Positions 48,601-57,222 of a DNA stretch of 64,000 nt are shown here, in pieces. Source of the DNA: Acutalibacteraceae bacterium (GTDB lineage: Bacteria; Bacillota; Clostridia; Oscillospirales; Acutalibacteraceae); contig JAZNVU010000041.1 of assembly GCA_045592985.1 (NCBI GenBank), forward strand, positions 76,557-140,556. The letters are read 5' to 3'. Every line of letters starts with the position of its first letter. The stretch's first letter is position 1. The notes beneath the pieces are model-generated. The model saw only the letters and a program-made list of their open reading frames with translations. It was not told where the DNA came from and did not search any database. The position numbers and the translations under genes are program-made.

Positions 48601-48826
48601 TATCGTCATACCAACCGAGGAATGTTACGCCTTCGGTAGGTACAGTAGGTGCAGGAATTGCAGCACCTTTAGCGAGGTTGAGAGTGTAAACAACGCCGTT
48701 GTTATTCAATGTGTAATCAGTACCTGCAGCACTTGCAGTACCAACAAATGAAACCACACAAAGTGACAGCAGCATTGAGAGGACACAAACAACACTTATC
48801 GCCTTTTTGAAAGCACGAGTTTTCAT
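45686..48826 (-). CDS. large cell-surface protein with InlB-B (Listeria-Bacteroides, Flg_new) repeats alternating with CBM-like beta-sandwich modules
   Basis: 1046 aa. Sec signal (…FVGTASA/AG). Four repeats of the G(Y/F)xFxGWYxDxxF...L(F/H)AKW type. C-terminal SAPTGD, a hydrophobic helix and a KKVFAK tail. Confidence 0.8.
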   Translation of the reverse strand: MKTRAFKKAISVVCVLSMLLSLCVVSFVGTASAAGTDYTLNNNGVVYTLNLAKGAAIPAPTVPTEGVTFLGWYDDINFTNKVTVAGNDTTLFAKYDGIVATFDYTDANTNGIYDPNGKFGNNQFGAFQIVADPHDANNKVLLGDQLAGGKNTINTAIEAYPGSGKGVTCAADTQYIVSFRYMATKGTQPYEQGVKISAYVTKQEGIGNSDSKQSIATAYFDYTDDWAVGNLSFTLSAANVTSYPYLLFTVGDGNYDRGKVYIDDIVIKPYVPQVVVEDYVMDFEDVDNNGFEWSVDANDYTYNTGNGYVTRGEILANEDNTNKFFKLTHSKSKNGHHYFTVNNGADQLAMVNGGIYTVEFDYFVEHSETPTKLNLYYVNTDGKGAVKTITVIDEFDYRDDDAAQGWAHAKYTFIATSDAETYSSIGIGMSNSTNCPEEFATAVLFDNVRVQTHSTTGEDAIIVFESNGGDECESIAVEVGRKPADLPAPTKYGYDFVGWKYDVTTGEGEEAVTTTYDLTTSTIMPAGIMNAYAAWNLKAGVVELSFRTNVEEYDANVGKIVAFPGQPIIGMPENPEYDNQTFVGWYLDRNFNKALDVNSAPSTSLTLFAKWETDGVVIDYEDYTITDIDRKSDRYKIITEANGNKVLSHSLEYGTNKSATQIARAMFQDAGKVIRAYEGARYVVKFKYKVEDFKTQGRFYIFLSNKGGTWVAYKQQTGSVAYSDNTNGWAEGVIEFDATLATGATANDNYMAIGCSGDATLYIDDVVISCPENDMNIYGSAIRFNVNGGKAVNAISGDEGDTIVLPTPKKNGYKFIGWYTDNTFATKFTDTKFGADPIVLHAKWQLGKIEENFENYPASVVQLGIAAGYTLYTNTAVGFDSSNIRHGSFSVFRNGATAGVKTFTLMRSDDYALDVGETYTLKFWVKPTAISVDTGVISLMSMTSFTGISAAQNMGTVIKYSDLKEGEWQQVSYTFVATTPFVGIGTTVGCDMYFDDASITLKGYTGSASTDSAPTGDSSVSPIIILAVIILSAGALLITGKKVFAK

Positions 48827-48861
48827 TATTTTACCTCTTTCTTGAGTGATAAAGCACGTGT

Positions 48862-48896
48862 ACGACTTGGAGTGGCGCTAAACCACTCCGAGTCGT
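48862..48896 (-). other. intercistronic stem-loop between the binding-protein and surface-protein genes
   Basis: 14-position stem ACGACTCGGAGTGG/CCACTCCAAGTCGT (one mismatch on the minus strand) with no U-tract. It is typical of mRNA-stabilising or attenuating hairpins found after ABC binding-protein genes. Confidence 0.5.
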
Positions 48897-48914
48897 TAGT
48901 CCTAAAGCTGCTTA

Positions 48915-50309
48915 TTATTTATACTTGTCAATAAGGTCCTGAATCATCTGGTTAGCCTTAGCAACAGCATCATCAACTACATTGTCAACTGCGTCAAGTT
49001 CGGTTTTAACGCCGGTGGGAGTAGTCTGTTTGGCACCGCCGTTGAAGACTTTAGAACCGGTAGAACCTACGAAGGTTCCGCAAACGTCGTCAAAGTTGAA
49101 GTACTTATCATCAGCCTCAGCTTTGGTAAGTTCGTAGTAGAAGTTACCTGCTTTGTTACTGATGAAGGTATCTTCAAGGTCGTAGTTAGCAGGGTCAAGC
49201 CAGTAGCGCAAGAAGTAACCTGCAGCATCGGCATGAGGAGCGTTAGCTACGATACCATACATACGGTAGACAGAAGATATCTTACCCTTAGAACCGTCCT
49301 CGAGTGCGGGGAGGTATGTATAACCGATATCGTTAAGGTTCATATCTTTGAAGTAACCGGTTTTCTTAAGACCGAAAACACCGATGATGCAGATACCAGC
49401 TTTGCCGTTTATGAAGTCGGTCTGGTCGGCGCAAAGAAGGTTCTGCTCTCTTGCATCGTTGTACCACTGATAGGTCATAAGAAGTTCTTTCTTGTTAACA
49501 CCACTGGAGAAAGTAGCGGTCTTATAGTCATACATACAGAAGGATACACCTGCGGAGTCGCCGAGAACCTCAACGTCTACATAACCGCCGGAGAAGTCGG
49601 GGCCAAGAGCCTTAACGTCCTTCATAACCTTAAGCAAGGTGTTCCAGTTCCAGTTACCATCCTCATAATACTGTTCAGGAGTGGTAAAACCGTTATCCTT
49701 GAAGAGAGACTTGTTGTAGTAAACAAGGTTGGAACCGGACCAGGGAGAACCGATAGTGTTTACGAGATAAACGTGACCGTCGATAGTACCGGTTTCAAGC
49801 ATGGATTTGTGCCAGATAGGCTCGTTAAGGTTGACGGTAGAAACAACGTCAATAGGAGCTGCGATCTGGAGAGTGAGGGGGAAGTTATCTTTACCCTCAT
49901 TGGATTTGAAAGCATCGGGGATATCACCTGCAGCCATAGAGGTGATAATCTTCTCAACATACTGACCCTGAGCAACGGTGAAGATTTCAACGTTGAGGCC
50001 GGTATCGTTATAGAAGTTTGCAAGGGGAACTGCACCCTCGGTCTGATAGTGGTCGATCCAGGTTGCATAACGAACAGTCTGACCCTTGATGCTATCAGAA
50101 ATGGTTGCATAAGGATCAAAATCTTCCCAACCTGCAACGTTAGAAGGGGTGTTGGGAGTAACACTAGGATCGTCTTCTTCAACGACCTTGTTGCTCTGCG
50201 AGCTGGTTGCGGAATCAGTGCTTGCACTTCCGCCACAAGCGGAGAGAGCGCATACTAAAATTGCAAAAGCAAAAATAGCACAGATGATTCTCTTTAAATT
50301 GGTTTTCAT
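48915..50309 (-). CDS. ABC transporter substrate-binding lipoprotein (CUT1 family)
   Basis: 464 aa. Lipobox LSAC-GG, Ser/Thr-rich linker and SBP family-1-like body. Confidence 0.85.
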   Translation of the reverse strand: MKTNLKRIICAIFAFAILVCALSACGGSASTDSATSSQSNKVVEEDDPSVTPNTPSNVAGWEDFDPYATISDSIKGQTVRYATWIDHYQTEGAVPLANFYNDTGLNVEIFTVAQGQYVEKIITSMAAGDIPDAFKSNEGKDNFPLTLQIAAPIDVVSTVNLNEPIWHKSMLETGTIDGHVYLVNTIGSPWSGSNLVYYNKSLFKDNGFTTPEQYYEDGNWNWNTLLKVMKDVKALGPDFSGGYVDVEVLGDSAGVSFCMYDYKTATFSSGVNKKELLMTYQWYNDAREQNLLCADQTDFINGKAGICIIGVFGLKKTGYFKDMNLNDIGYTYLPALEDGSKGKISSVYRMYGIVANAPHADAAGYFLRYWLDPANYDLEDTFISNKAGNFYYELTKAEADDKYFNFDDVCGTFVGSTGSKVFNGGAKQTTPTGVKTELDAVDNVVDDAVAKANQMIQDLIDKYK

Positions 50310-50432
50310 CGAAATTTCCTCCTAAGAAATTTTAAAATATAGCGGAAAAGCGACTACGGCACACCTAACCCACCCCCTCAAAAAGCGGATTCGGTATGCA
50401 CAATAGGGCACTTTTGCCGATACTACACTTAT

Positions 50433-50461
50433 ATAATACCAAAACTTTGCGCAAGTTTCAA
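50433..50461 (-). promoter_or_regulatory. candidate internal promoter for the binding-protein and surface-protein genes
   Basis: Minus strand shows TTGAAA, 17 nt, TGG-TATTAT (extended -10), leaving a leader of about 115 nt. Confidence 0.5.
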
Positions 50462-50605
50462 TCAATTTTTTGCTATTTTTTATGAAAAAATATACAAAAA
50501 TACCGGGAGTTTGTTGTTGATTTTAACACAACACATGTCAATTTCCGCAAATAACAGTAATTTTACATATAATAATGTACTTTTCTTGCTTTTGGTCTTG
50601 GTTTT

Positions 50606-50638
50606 CTCCCCTTTCGGCGTACCGAAAGGGGAGTTTTT
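50606..50638 (+). terminator. 12-bp GC-rich hairpin whose U-tract is on the plus strand only
   Basis: CTCCCCTTTCGG-CGTA-CCGAAAGGGGAG followed by TTTTT on the plus strand. Read on the minus strand (the direction of all neighbouring genes) it is followed by AAAACC. Confidence 0.5.
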
Positions 50639-50642
50639 GATT

Positions 50643-51662
50643 TTAACCTGTAATACCTACGCGGTCGATACTCTTAACAAACTGTTTTTGGAGTATCATA
50701 TACATTATCAGAACCGGAACTATAAACATGACGCAAGCCGCCATAACGACCGCTATGGTCTCGGGGCTACTGGGACCGAACTGTGCTTTCATGATAGCAA
50801 GCATGGCTTCCGGTTCGGTTATACGGTCAAGTTTAACCGCCAACGGCCAACTGTCGGCATACAGGTACATGTTAGCAAGATAGTAGTCGTTCCAATGCCA
50901 GATGATTGAGAAAACGGTAACTGTCATGATAACAACGCCTGAAGAAGGAAGTGCTATACGAATATAGGTCTTGACGGGACCTGCGCCGTCTATCCATGCT
51001 GCTTCCTCAAGTTCTTTAGGCAAGCCTTTGAAGAACTGTACATAGATATAAATAATGATACCTGCTCTGATGCCTACGCCGAACAGTGCCGGGAGGTAGA
51101 AAGTCCATACCGAGTTAAGGACGTTCGGTCGTATATCAACACCTGTAAAGTCATACACAAGGCCAAGCACACCCAAAAGGTCGAGCTTGGTGTAAGTGGT
51201 GACGATAGGAATCATCATCATCTGCGACGGAACAAGAATGAGCAAGAACATGAAGAAAGTAAGTATCTTCTTTTCTTTAAACTCAAATCTTGCAAGACCG
51301 TAAGCAGCAACCGAGCAACTGATAATCTGGATTGCAGCAGCTATAAGTTCAAACACAACCGTGTTAAGAAGCGCTCCTGTGTAGTTAACCAATTTAGTTG
51401 CCATTGAATAATGTTCAAAAGTGATATCCGGTGTTATCCAGACAACCGAAGGGTCGAGGAACGAGTTTCTTGTTCTTATCGAACTACTGAGCATGTAGAA
51501 AATTGGGTACAAAATTATGTATCCGATTGTGATAAGAACAACATAGCGCATAAGCGAAGTGAAAACACTATTTGCTTTAAGCACGGCTTTGTAGCGTGCT
51601 TCGGAACTGGAGTTTTTAACCTTGTGATAAAGGTTTTTTACGTTCTCTATACCTTTAACCAT
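50643..51662 (-). CDS. carbohydrate ABC transporter permease (MalG-like)
   Basis: 339 aa, 6 TM helices, EAA loop LEEAAWIDGAGPVKTYIRIALP. Confidence 0.88.
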   Translation of the reverse strand: MVKGIENVKNLYHKVKNSSSEARYKAVLKANSVFTSLMRYVVLITIGYIILYPIFYMLSSSIRTRNSFLDPSVVWITPDITFEHYSMATKLVNYTGALLNTVVFELIAAAIQIISCSVAAYGLARFEFKEKKILTFFMFLLILVPSQMMMIPIVTTYTKLDLLGVLGLVYDFTGVDIRPNVLNSVWTFYLPALFGVGIRAGIIIYIYVQFFKGLPKELEEAAWIDGAGPVKTYIRIALPSSGVVIMTVTVFSIIWHWNDYYLANMYLYADSWPLAVKLDRITEPEAMLAIMKAQFGPSSPETIAVVMAACVMFIVPVLIMYMILQKQFVKSIDRVGITG

Positions 51663-52633
51663 TAGCTTCTACCTCCTGTGTCCCAGCGCTTAAGGAATAC
51701 CTTAGAATAAATTAACATTATAACAGCCATTATTACACCAACAACCAAGAAATAGAGCCAAAGCATTGCCGATGCGATACCATAGGTTGAAATGTTACCC
51801 ATGAAGACGTATGCACGTTCCATAACAAGATTGGTCTTATCTGTTATAAGTTCGACCATTGTGAAAATGAGAACAAGAATCAAGGTTCTTGCCAACATGG
51901 GAAGTGTGATAAACCAGAACTCTTCCCACTTTGTAGCACCCTCAACCTTGGAAACCTCATAGAGAGAATCCGGAATGGACTGCATACCTGATATAAACAG
52001 AACTATTTGTATACCACAGTTCCAAACAAGGTTGAAAATGTCGTTAAGTATACTGCTGAACACTTCACCTATCTGGGCAGGCAAGGACATGAAAGCCATA
52101 ATATCTTCAACGTTTACCATGTTAGAGGCAAAAGAATCCGAAACGCCCGATGAGGAAAGTTCGCTGCTGGTTGTATTGAAAAGATGCTGAATAACAACAC
52201 CCGATGCAATAATAACCGGCAGGAAGTACAGCGCTCTGAAGAAAAGTCTTCCTTTAAACTTCTGGTTGAGAAGCAGGGCGAGAATAAGACTCAAAATAAC
52301 GATTACCAAAACCGACGGGAGCATTGACGATAAAGTAAGGCTCATGTTTTTGGTAAATTGAGGGTCTTGTCTCAATGCATATTGAAAATTTGCCAGGCCT
52401 GCAAACTTGTATTTGAATTCACCCATGAAACTTACATCACAAAATGAATAGTACAGGGATTTTACTATCGGAACAAGGAAGAAAACCAAAAGTCCTATCT
52501 CCCAATGGAGAACGAACATACGTCCGTATGTACTTTTAAGTGATTCGATACTTTTGTGCTTCTTCTGTTTCTTTTGTTTTACGACTACAGGCGCATCCTG
52601 AACGGCCGTATCTTTTATTTCTTCTGTTGACAT
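51662..52633 (-). CDS. sugar ABC transporter permease (MalF-like)
   Basis: 323 aa. EAA-like loop LYEVSKVEGATKWEEFWFITLP. The stop overlaps the next start. Confidence 0.88.
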   Translation of the reverse strand: MSTEEIKDTAVQDAPVVVKQKKQKKHKSIESLKSTYGRMFVLHWEIGLLVFFLVPIVKSLYYSFCDVSFMGEFKYKFAGLANFQYALRQDPQFTKNMSLTLSSMLPSVLVIVILSLILALLLNQKFKGRLFFRALYFLPVIIASGVVIQHLFNTTSSELSSSGVSDSFASNMVNVEDIMAFMSLPAQIGEVFSSILNDIFNLVWNCGIQIVLFISGMQSIPDSLYEVSKVEGATKWEEFWFITLPMLARTLILVLIFTMVELITDKTNLVMERAYVFMGNISTYGIASAMLWLYFLVVGVIMAVIMLIYSKVFLKRWDTGGRS

Positions 52634-52648
52634 TCAGTTTACGCCTCC

Positions 52649-54940
52649 TTACTTAGATATGTAGCCACGTGCAGGAACCTCAACACCGTCAACCGTTACG
52701 GCTTGGTTGCCATAGTTGACGTACACGGTAACACCGTTGTCGAAGTTTGTCATACGCACGTTATCATTAATAATCTTGTGGTCTGAAATTCTTGCACCCT
52801 TTACCGAATAGAAGAAATCTTTATACTCGGCAACATCCTCAATGATATTATCCTTAACACCGGTCTCCAAAGTGTCATTCCAATAGAGCGAACCATAGAA
52901 GACATTCTGTGCGGAAGAAATGAGGTTAGTACTGAACTGACCAATAAGTGAATAACTAAGTCCTGCTCCGGTCTCAACCGCATTAAGCAAAGTGGTCTCT
53001 GCGTTGGTTGCAAGATTAAGCGAGGTTACCGACATTGAAACGTTGCCTTTGAATACAATCTGATAGAAAGGAACGTCTACGGTATAAGACCTGAACTTAG
53101 ACGACTTTGTGGGGATATCGTAAACATGGTCGCACAAGCCTGCTGCAAAAGCATTAGCGTCGCTTCCTGCTACGTTATAACCGGCTTCCTTGAAATCATT
53201 TAAGACGTTTATGGCCTGTTTTTCAAAGTTGGAAGCCGAGAAATATGCTTTATCGCTATAATCTGAGTAGACTATGCTTGTAAGGCTGTCAAGGCTGACA
53301 CCGCCCAGATTCCATCCGGCAGCTGCCTTTCTGATATTATCACCTATCTCATCAAACTGACTTCTCGATACAAGATAATGAGGTGCGAAAATAGTACTGC
53401 TGGAACGGAAAGCAACATCATAATAATACTGTGCTGTTGAATCTCCGGTAGCGGATTTTGCTTTATCAAGCAAGGTTGAGACACCACCGCCGTTGGAGTT
53501 GAATCTTATCATGTCAAAATTCATGAAAAGGTCTATTCCGTTATTGGCACAGTAATCGGTAAGGCTTGTCATCGCCTTTTTGTTGCCGAACTTACTGTTT
53601 ATCTTATAGTTGCCTGCAATAGTACCGATATCATTACCGTTCTGACCGAAGCCGATAAGGTTGGCGTTGATGCTCTCCCCTGTTACTTCCTTAAGGTCAG
53701 AAATGATTGACTGAGCCTGTTCAAGAGTAGTGGCAACCAGCATATCGTCACTGGGAATACCGAAGATGAACTTTTTAGTCTCGATACCGCCATAAAGTTT
53801 GACATTAAGAAGTTTTTCTTTATCGGTCTTTTTGAGGAGTTCTTTTTCCTCAAGGTACTCACGGTACTTTTCAGCCATTCCCACATAGTCGGCTTTTTCG
53901 CCATAGAGGGGTTTAAAGCTGATAGATATCTTACCGGGAGCAAAATAATCGGAATAAAGCGTATACTGTCTCGGAGCAGAGGTGAAGAGAGCCTGAACAG
54001 TCTTTTGCTGACCTCTTATAATAAACTCCGGTGAAACGTAGGAGTATCCGGTAACTTTCCAACCAAGTGTGGCATTAAGGTACGCATACTCGGCACCTTC
54101 GGTGATGATGGCACATGCACCGCGTTCACCGTTGACAGCGCCGTATACAGGCATTCTTACCGATTCGGTGGTGGTTTCCGCAGTGGGTTTTTCAACGTTA
54201 GCGTCTCCACCGTACACCTTTTCGGTTATAGTTTCATAACTTGCATCTTCAGGGTCAGAAGACATTGAAGGAACTATCAAAGAACCCGAACCCGAAGGCA
54301 TGAACAGATAGTGGTCATCTTTGTTTGCCTGGTCGTTGGAAACCGAACAGAACAACGGTGCTACCATGATACTTGTAATACGGTACTCATTACCGTTTTC
54401 CTCGATACGGTCAACATCAACCGAGATGTCAACACCGTCATCGGTAAGAACAAACGAAACAGGTACTGTAAAACTATAGTCAGGGAAATAGCACATCATT
54501 TCGAGACCATTATCAATTTTTGTAAGCGAACATGTGCCCTTACCTATGGAACGTGCAGACGCTGCGATAGGCAACGGCGTTCCGTCCTTAAGTGTCTGTG
54601 CGTTATGGCACTTTATAAGTACAGGAGACTCAAGATACGGGTGGTTGGTCAACGGAAGACCGTCTGCATCATATCTTTCGTCAAGAGCATCCTGCGGAAC
54701 ATAACTCCATTCACAGTCCTCAATCTTATCGTAAAGGATAACACGTTTTTTAGAAGCATCCCAAATGAGGCTGTAGCGAGCATTTTCGGCTACGCAGGTA
54801 GTTTTAAGAGTGCTTATCTCTTGTGGTTGGTTGTATTTCGGAACCATGAAAGTATCGGTACCGCATCCTGCAAGAAGGAGAAGCACTAAGCAAAGCATCA
54901 AGCTCATAGCGGCAGAAACCGCACGTTTTATGTTATTCAT
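52649..54940 (-). CDS. 763-aa orphan lipoprotein (resembles proteins annotated DUF5696; possible glycan-active enzyme)
   Basis: Lipobox LLAGC-GTD. No motif of a glycoside hydrolase family I can recognise. The DUF5696 attribution comes from my memory of similar SBP-permease-permease-YIP1-DUF5696 neighbourhoods and has not been verified. Confidence 0.5.
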   Translation of the reverse strand: MNNIKRAVSAAMSLMLCLVLLLLAGCGTDTFMVPKYNQPQEISTLKTTCVAENARYSLIWDASKKRVILYDKIEDCEWSYVPQDALDERYDADGLPLTNHPYLESPVLIKCHNAQTLKDGTPLPIAASARSIGKGTCSLTKIDNGLEMMCYFPDYSFTVPVSFVLTDDGVDISVDVDRIEENGNEYRITSIMVAPLFCSVSNDQANKDDHYLFMPSGSGSLIVPSMSSDPEDASYETITEKVYGGDANVEKPTAETTTESVRMPVYGAVNGERGACAIITEGAEYAYLNATLGWKVTGYSYVSPEFIIRGQQKTVQALFTSAPRQYTLYSDYFAPGKISISFKPLYGEKADYVGMAEKYREYLEEKELLKKTDKEKLLNVKLYGGIETKKFIFGIPSDDMLVATTLEQAQSIISDLKEVTGESINANLIGFGQNGNDIGTIAGNYKINSKFGNKKAMTSLTDYCANNGIDLFMNFDMIRFNSNGGGVSTLLDKAKSATGDSTAQYYYDVAFRSSSTIFAPHYLVSRSQFDEIGDNIRKAAAGWNLGGVSLDSLTSIVYSDYSDKAYFSASNFEKQAINVLNDFKEAGYNVAGSDANAFAAGLCDHVYDIPTKSSKFRSYTVDVPFYQIVFKGNVSMSVTSLNLATNAETTLLNAVETGAGLSYSLIGQFSTNLISSAQNVFYGSLYWNDTLETGVKDNIIEDVAEYKDFFYSVKGARISDHKIINDNVRMTNFDNGVTVYVNYGNQAVTVDGVEVPARGYISK

Positions 54941-54955
54941 AAAATCTCCTCCTTA

Positions 54956-57211
54956 TCAGAATAATTTAACAATTTCAGTGAAGATGGTGACTAAGAAGCC
55001 CCATGTTTGCTGCAAAAGTATAATTACTGTTACAAGCATGAATACAACAATTGCACATCCGAAGATGGTCAGCAATGATGTTGCCAAGAACTTACCGAAG
55101 CTGTAATCGTGTACTATCATGGAACCTACAATGAGAAGTAGTAGTGTGTACATGGTACATACTGTGGTAAGAACGGTAAGGAACGCTGCTTCTTCAGGAA
55201 CGAGAACGTTGGATACTACTACGTAAACAATGCTTCCAAAGAGTGAGGGAACCAAGCTGTAGCAGATAACGGTGAGTATTTCTTTAATCTTACCTTTACC
55301 GCCGAAGAGTGTACATACTGCCCAGTTGGTAATAGTCCAAAGAATAACAAGACCAACTGTTTTGAGAAGAATCAGCAAAGCATTGTAACTTGCGGGATCG
55401 AAGTATACGAATGCAAAGCCGCCCATTGTGGTCTCAAATACGGTAAATACATAGTAGAGAGCAATAATGACAATACAAATCGGTACAGATGTAAGACCTT
55501 TTTCCTTAATTTCGCGGAAGTTATCAAACGGGTGGGTTACAATGGTTGTTGCCATATGCAACTTTTCGTTCTTAACAAGTCTCATGCTGTGCTTGGTTGA
55601 ATAAACAAGCAAGAAAATAATGAAACCAACAAGTGCAACCGCTACGATCATAATCCAGGTAAAGTTTTCACGGATAAGTTCGGTACGGATGCTTCCGAAA
55701 GCAAGACTGTAGGTTTCACGGTCATAGCCTTGTTTTGCAAGTTCAATGGCTTTTTGGAAGTTTTCAGAAGCTTCTGCTTCGTCGGTACAAGCCTTACCTC
55801 TTACATAGTAAGCCTTGGCAAGTCCGGCATATGCAACCTGGCTGTTACCGTCAAGTGTGAGAACCTCGTTCCACTCGTCCATAGCCTCTTCATAGTCACC
55901 AACGACCGTCTTGGCCTGAGCGCTCTTGACTAGTTTTCCGTAATCGGTTATGCGGAATACGGTGAACGAACCAAACTGACCGTTGTTATCGGAAACTACG
56001 ATGTCATCATTGTTGACATTGTAACCGATAGCACTGATGGACATGAACGTGCCGTCCTGCTTACCGTTTTTAGCACCACCGCCGAACGCCGACAGCAAGG
56101 TACATTCACTATCATAGATAAAGATTCTGCCGTAGGTAGAATCGGCAACGTGAATGAATCCGGCTTTGTCAACCGCAACACTGTTGAGGTTCTGGTACTG
56201 AATGGTATTCTTATAGTCATAGCCGATGCCTTCGTCAACAAAGTTTGTTTCGTCGGAACCAACAAGAACATTACCACCACCCGGATTAAGTCGTTTAACC
56301 TGAGCGTTCTGGGTGAGTTCGCCGGTATTACCGGTAGCGGTATAAACAAATCCTTGGTCGTCAACCCAAAGGTCGGAGAATGTATACGGAAGCGAGGAGA
56401 CCATGGCACTGCGCTGTTCATTGGTAACAAAAAGTCGGTTCCAAAGGGTAACGATAGCCTGAGTAAGTGTTGCAGGAACATCGTTGGCTCCGTAGAAACC
56501 AAGGAAGTTATTTTCGCCTTCATTGGCTTCATCATCAGGTGCGTAAAGAATAGCACCGTAGTAGGAACCGTCACTTAGTATATATATGTAGCCTTCGTTA
56601 TCAACAGCTACCTTTTTGGGACGGTAGTTAAAGCCGTCGGGAATAAGGTTGCCGTTATTTTCATCCTTATTAGGGAGAACATAGTTTTTAATAAGAACGG
56701 CTTCGCCATCAGAGTCTTCACCTTCATCAGCGGTGAATTTCATAACACGTCCGTTATTTGTGTCGGCAATGTAGATGTTTTCGTCTTTGTCAACGAAAAC
56801 GCCCTGTGCACCATAGAAATAATAGGAGTTACGGTCTTCATCTCTGACGTAGTTAATTTTTTGTTTAACCTCATAATTCTCATCAAGAATGTACAAGGTG
56901 GACAAACCGCCGTCAAGAAGGTAAGTAAGTCCGCTTTTTGAAGTGTGAACGTCGGTGAATCTTGCATCACTGGAACATTCAAGGTCATGAGCGTTAAATA
57001 CCTTATATACCTCATACATAGGTTTGCTGTAAACTGCTTTTTTCGTTTTTCCGGTGAACTCGTACCAATAAGTATAGGTGTCATAACCCACCTCATCGGT
57101 CTTTTCGGAAACAGCGGCAACTGAGAAAACAGGAATCAGCATAAGCACTGCAAGTGCCATCATGCAGGCACGAACGAGGAACTTGCGAACATTAAAGTTT
57201 TTCATATCCAT
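54956..57211 (-). CDS. NHL-repeat beta-propeller / TPR-like / Yip1-domain membrane protein
   Basis: 751 aa. Signal or anchor helix, then about six NHL-type blades (GVFVDKDENIYIADTNNGRVMKF, SVAVDKAGFIHVADSTYGRIFIYD and others). A TPR-like helical segment follows (GDYEEAMDEWNEVLTLDGNSQVAYAGLAKAYY), then five C-terminal TM helices of Yip1 type. Confidence 0.7.
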   Translation of the reverse strand: MDMKNFNVRKFLVRACMMALAVLMLIPVFSVAAVSEKTDEVGYDTYTYWYEFTGKTKKAVYSKPMYEVYKVFNAHDLECSSDARFTDVHTSKSGLTYLLDGGLSTLYILDENYEVKQKINYVRDEDRNSYYFYGAQGVFVDKDENIYIADTNNGRVMKFTADEGEDSDGEAVLIKNYVLPNKDENNGNLIPDGFNYRPKKVAVDNEGYIYILSDGSYYGAILYAPDDEANEGENNFLGFYGANDVPATLTQAIVTLWNRLFVTNEQRSAMVSSLPYTFSDLWVDDQGFVYTATGNTGELTQNAQVKRLNPGGGNVLVGSDETNFVDEGIGYDYKNTIQYQNLNSVAVDKAGFIHVADSTYGRIFIYDSECTLLSAFGGGAKNGKQDGTFMSISAIGYNVNNDDIVVSDNNGQFGSFTVFRITDYGKLVKSAQAKTVVGDYEEAMDEWNEVLTLDGNSQVAYAGLAKAYYVRGKACTDEAEASENFQKAIELAKQGYDRETYSLAFGSIRTELIRENFTWIMIVAVALVGFIIFLLVYSTKHSMRLVKNEKLHMATTIVTHPFDNFREIKEKGLTSVPICIVIIALYYVFTVFETTMGGFAFVYFDPASYNALLILLKTVGLVILWTITNWAVCTLFGGKGKIKEILTVICYSLVPSLFGSIVYVVVSNVLVPEEAAFLTVLTTVCTMYTLLLLIVGSMIVHDYSFGKFLATSLLTIFGCAIVVFMLVTVIILLQQTWGFLVTIFTEIVKLF

Positions 57212-57222
57212 AAGTCCCCCCT

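Noticed and set aside
46169-50258. Long plus-strand ORFs (167, 226, 382 and 341 aa) opposite the surface-protein and SBP genes.
   Set aside because: These are antisense shadows. The sense genes avoid the codons whose complements are stop codons. The translations are Val/Asn/Cys/Ile-rich nonsense with no RBS.
50310-50432. The 115-nt leader of the 464-aa SBP gene, considered as a possible riboswitch or T-box.
   Set aside because: I found no conserved motif such as a specifier loop or T-box sequence, nor a known aptamer core. Only weak local hairpins are present.
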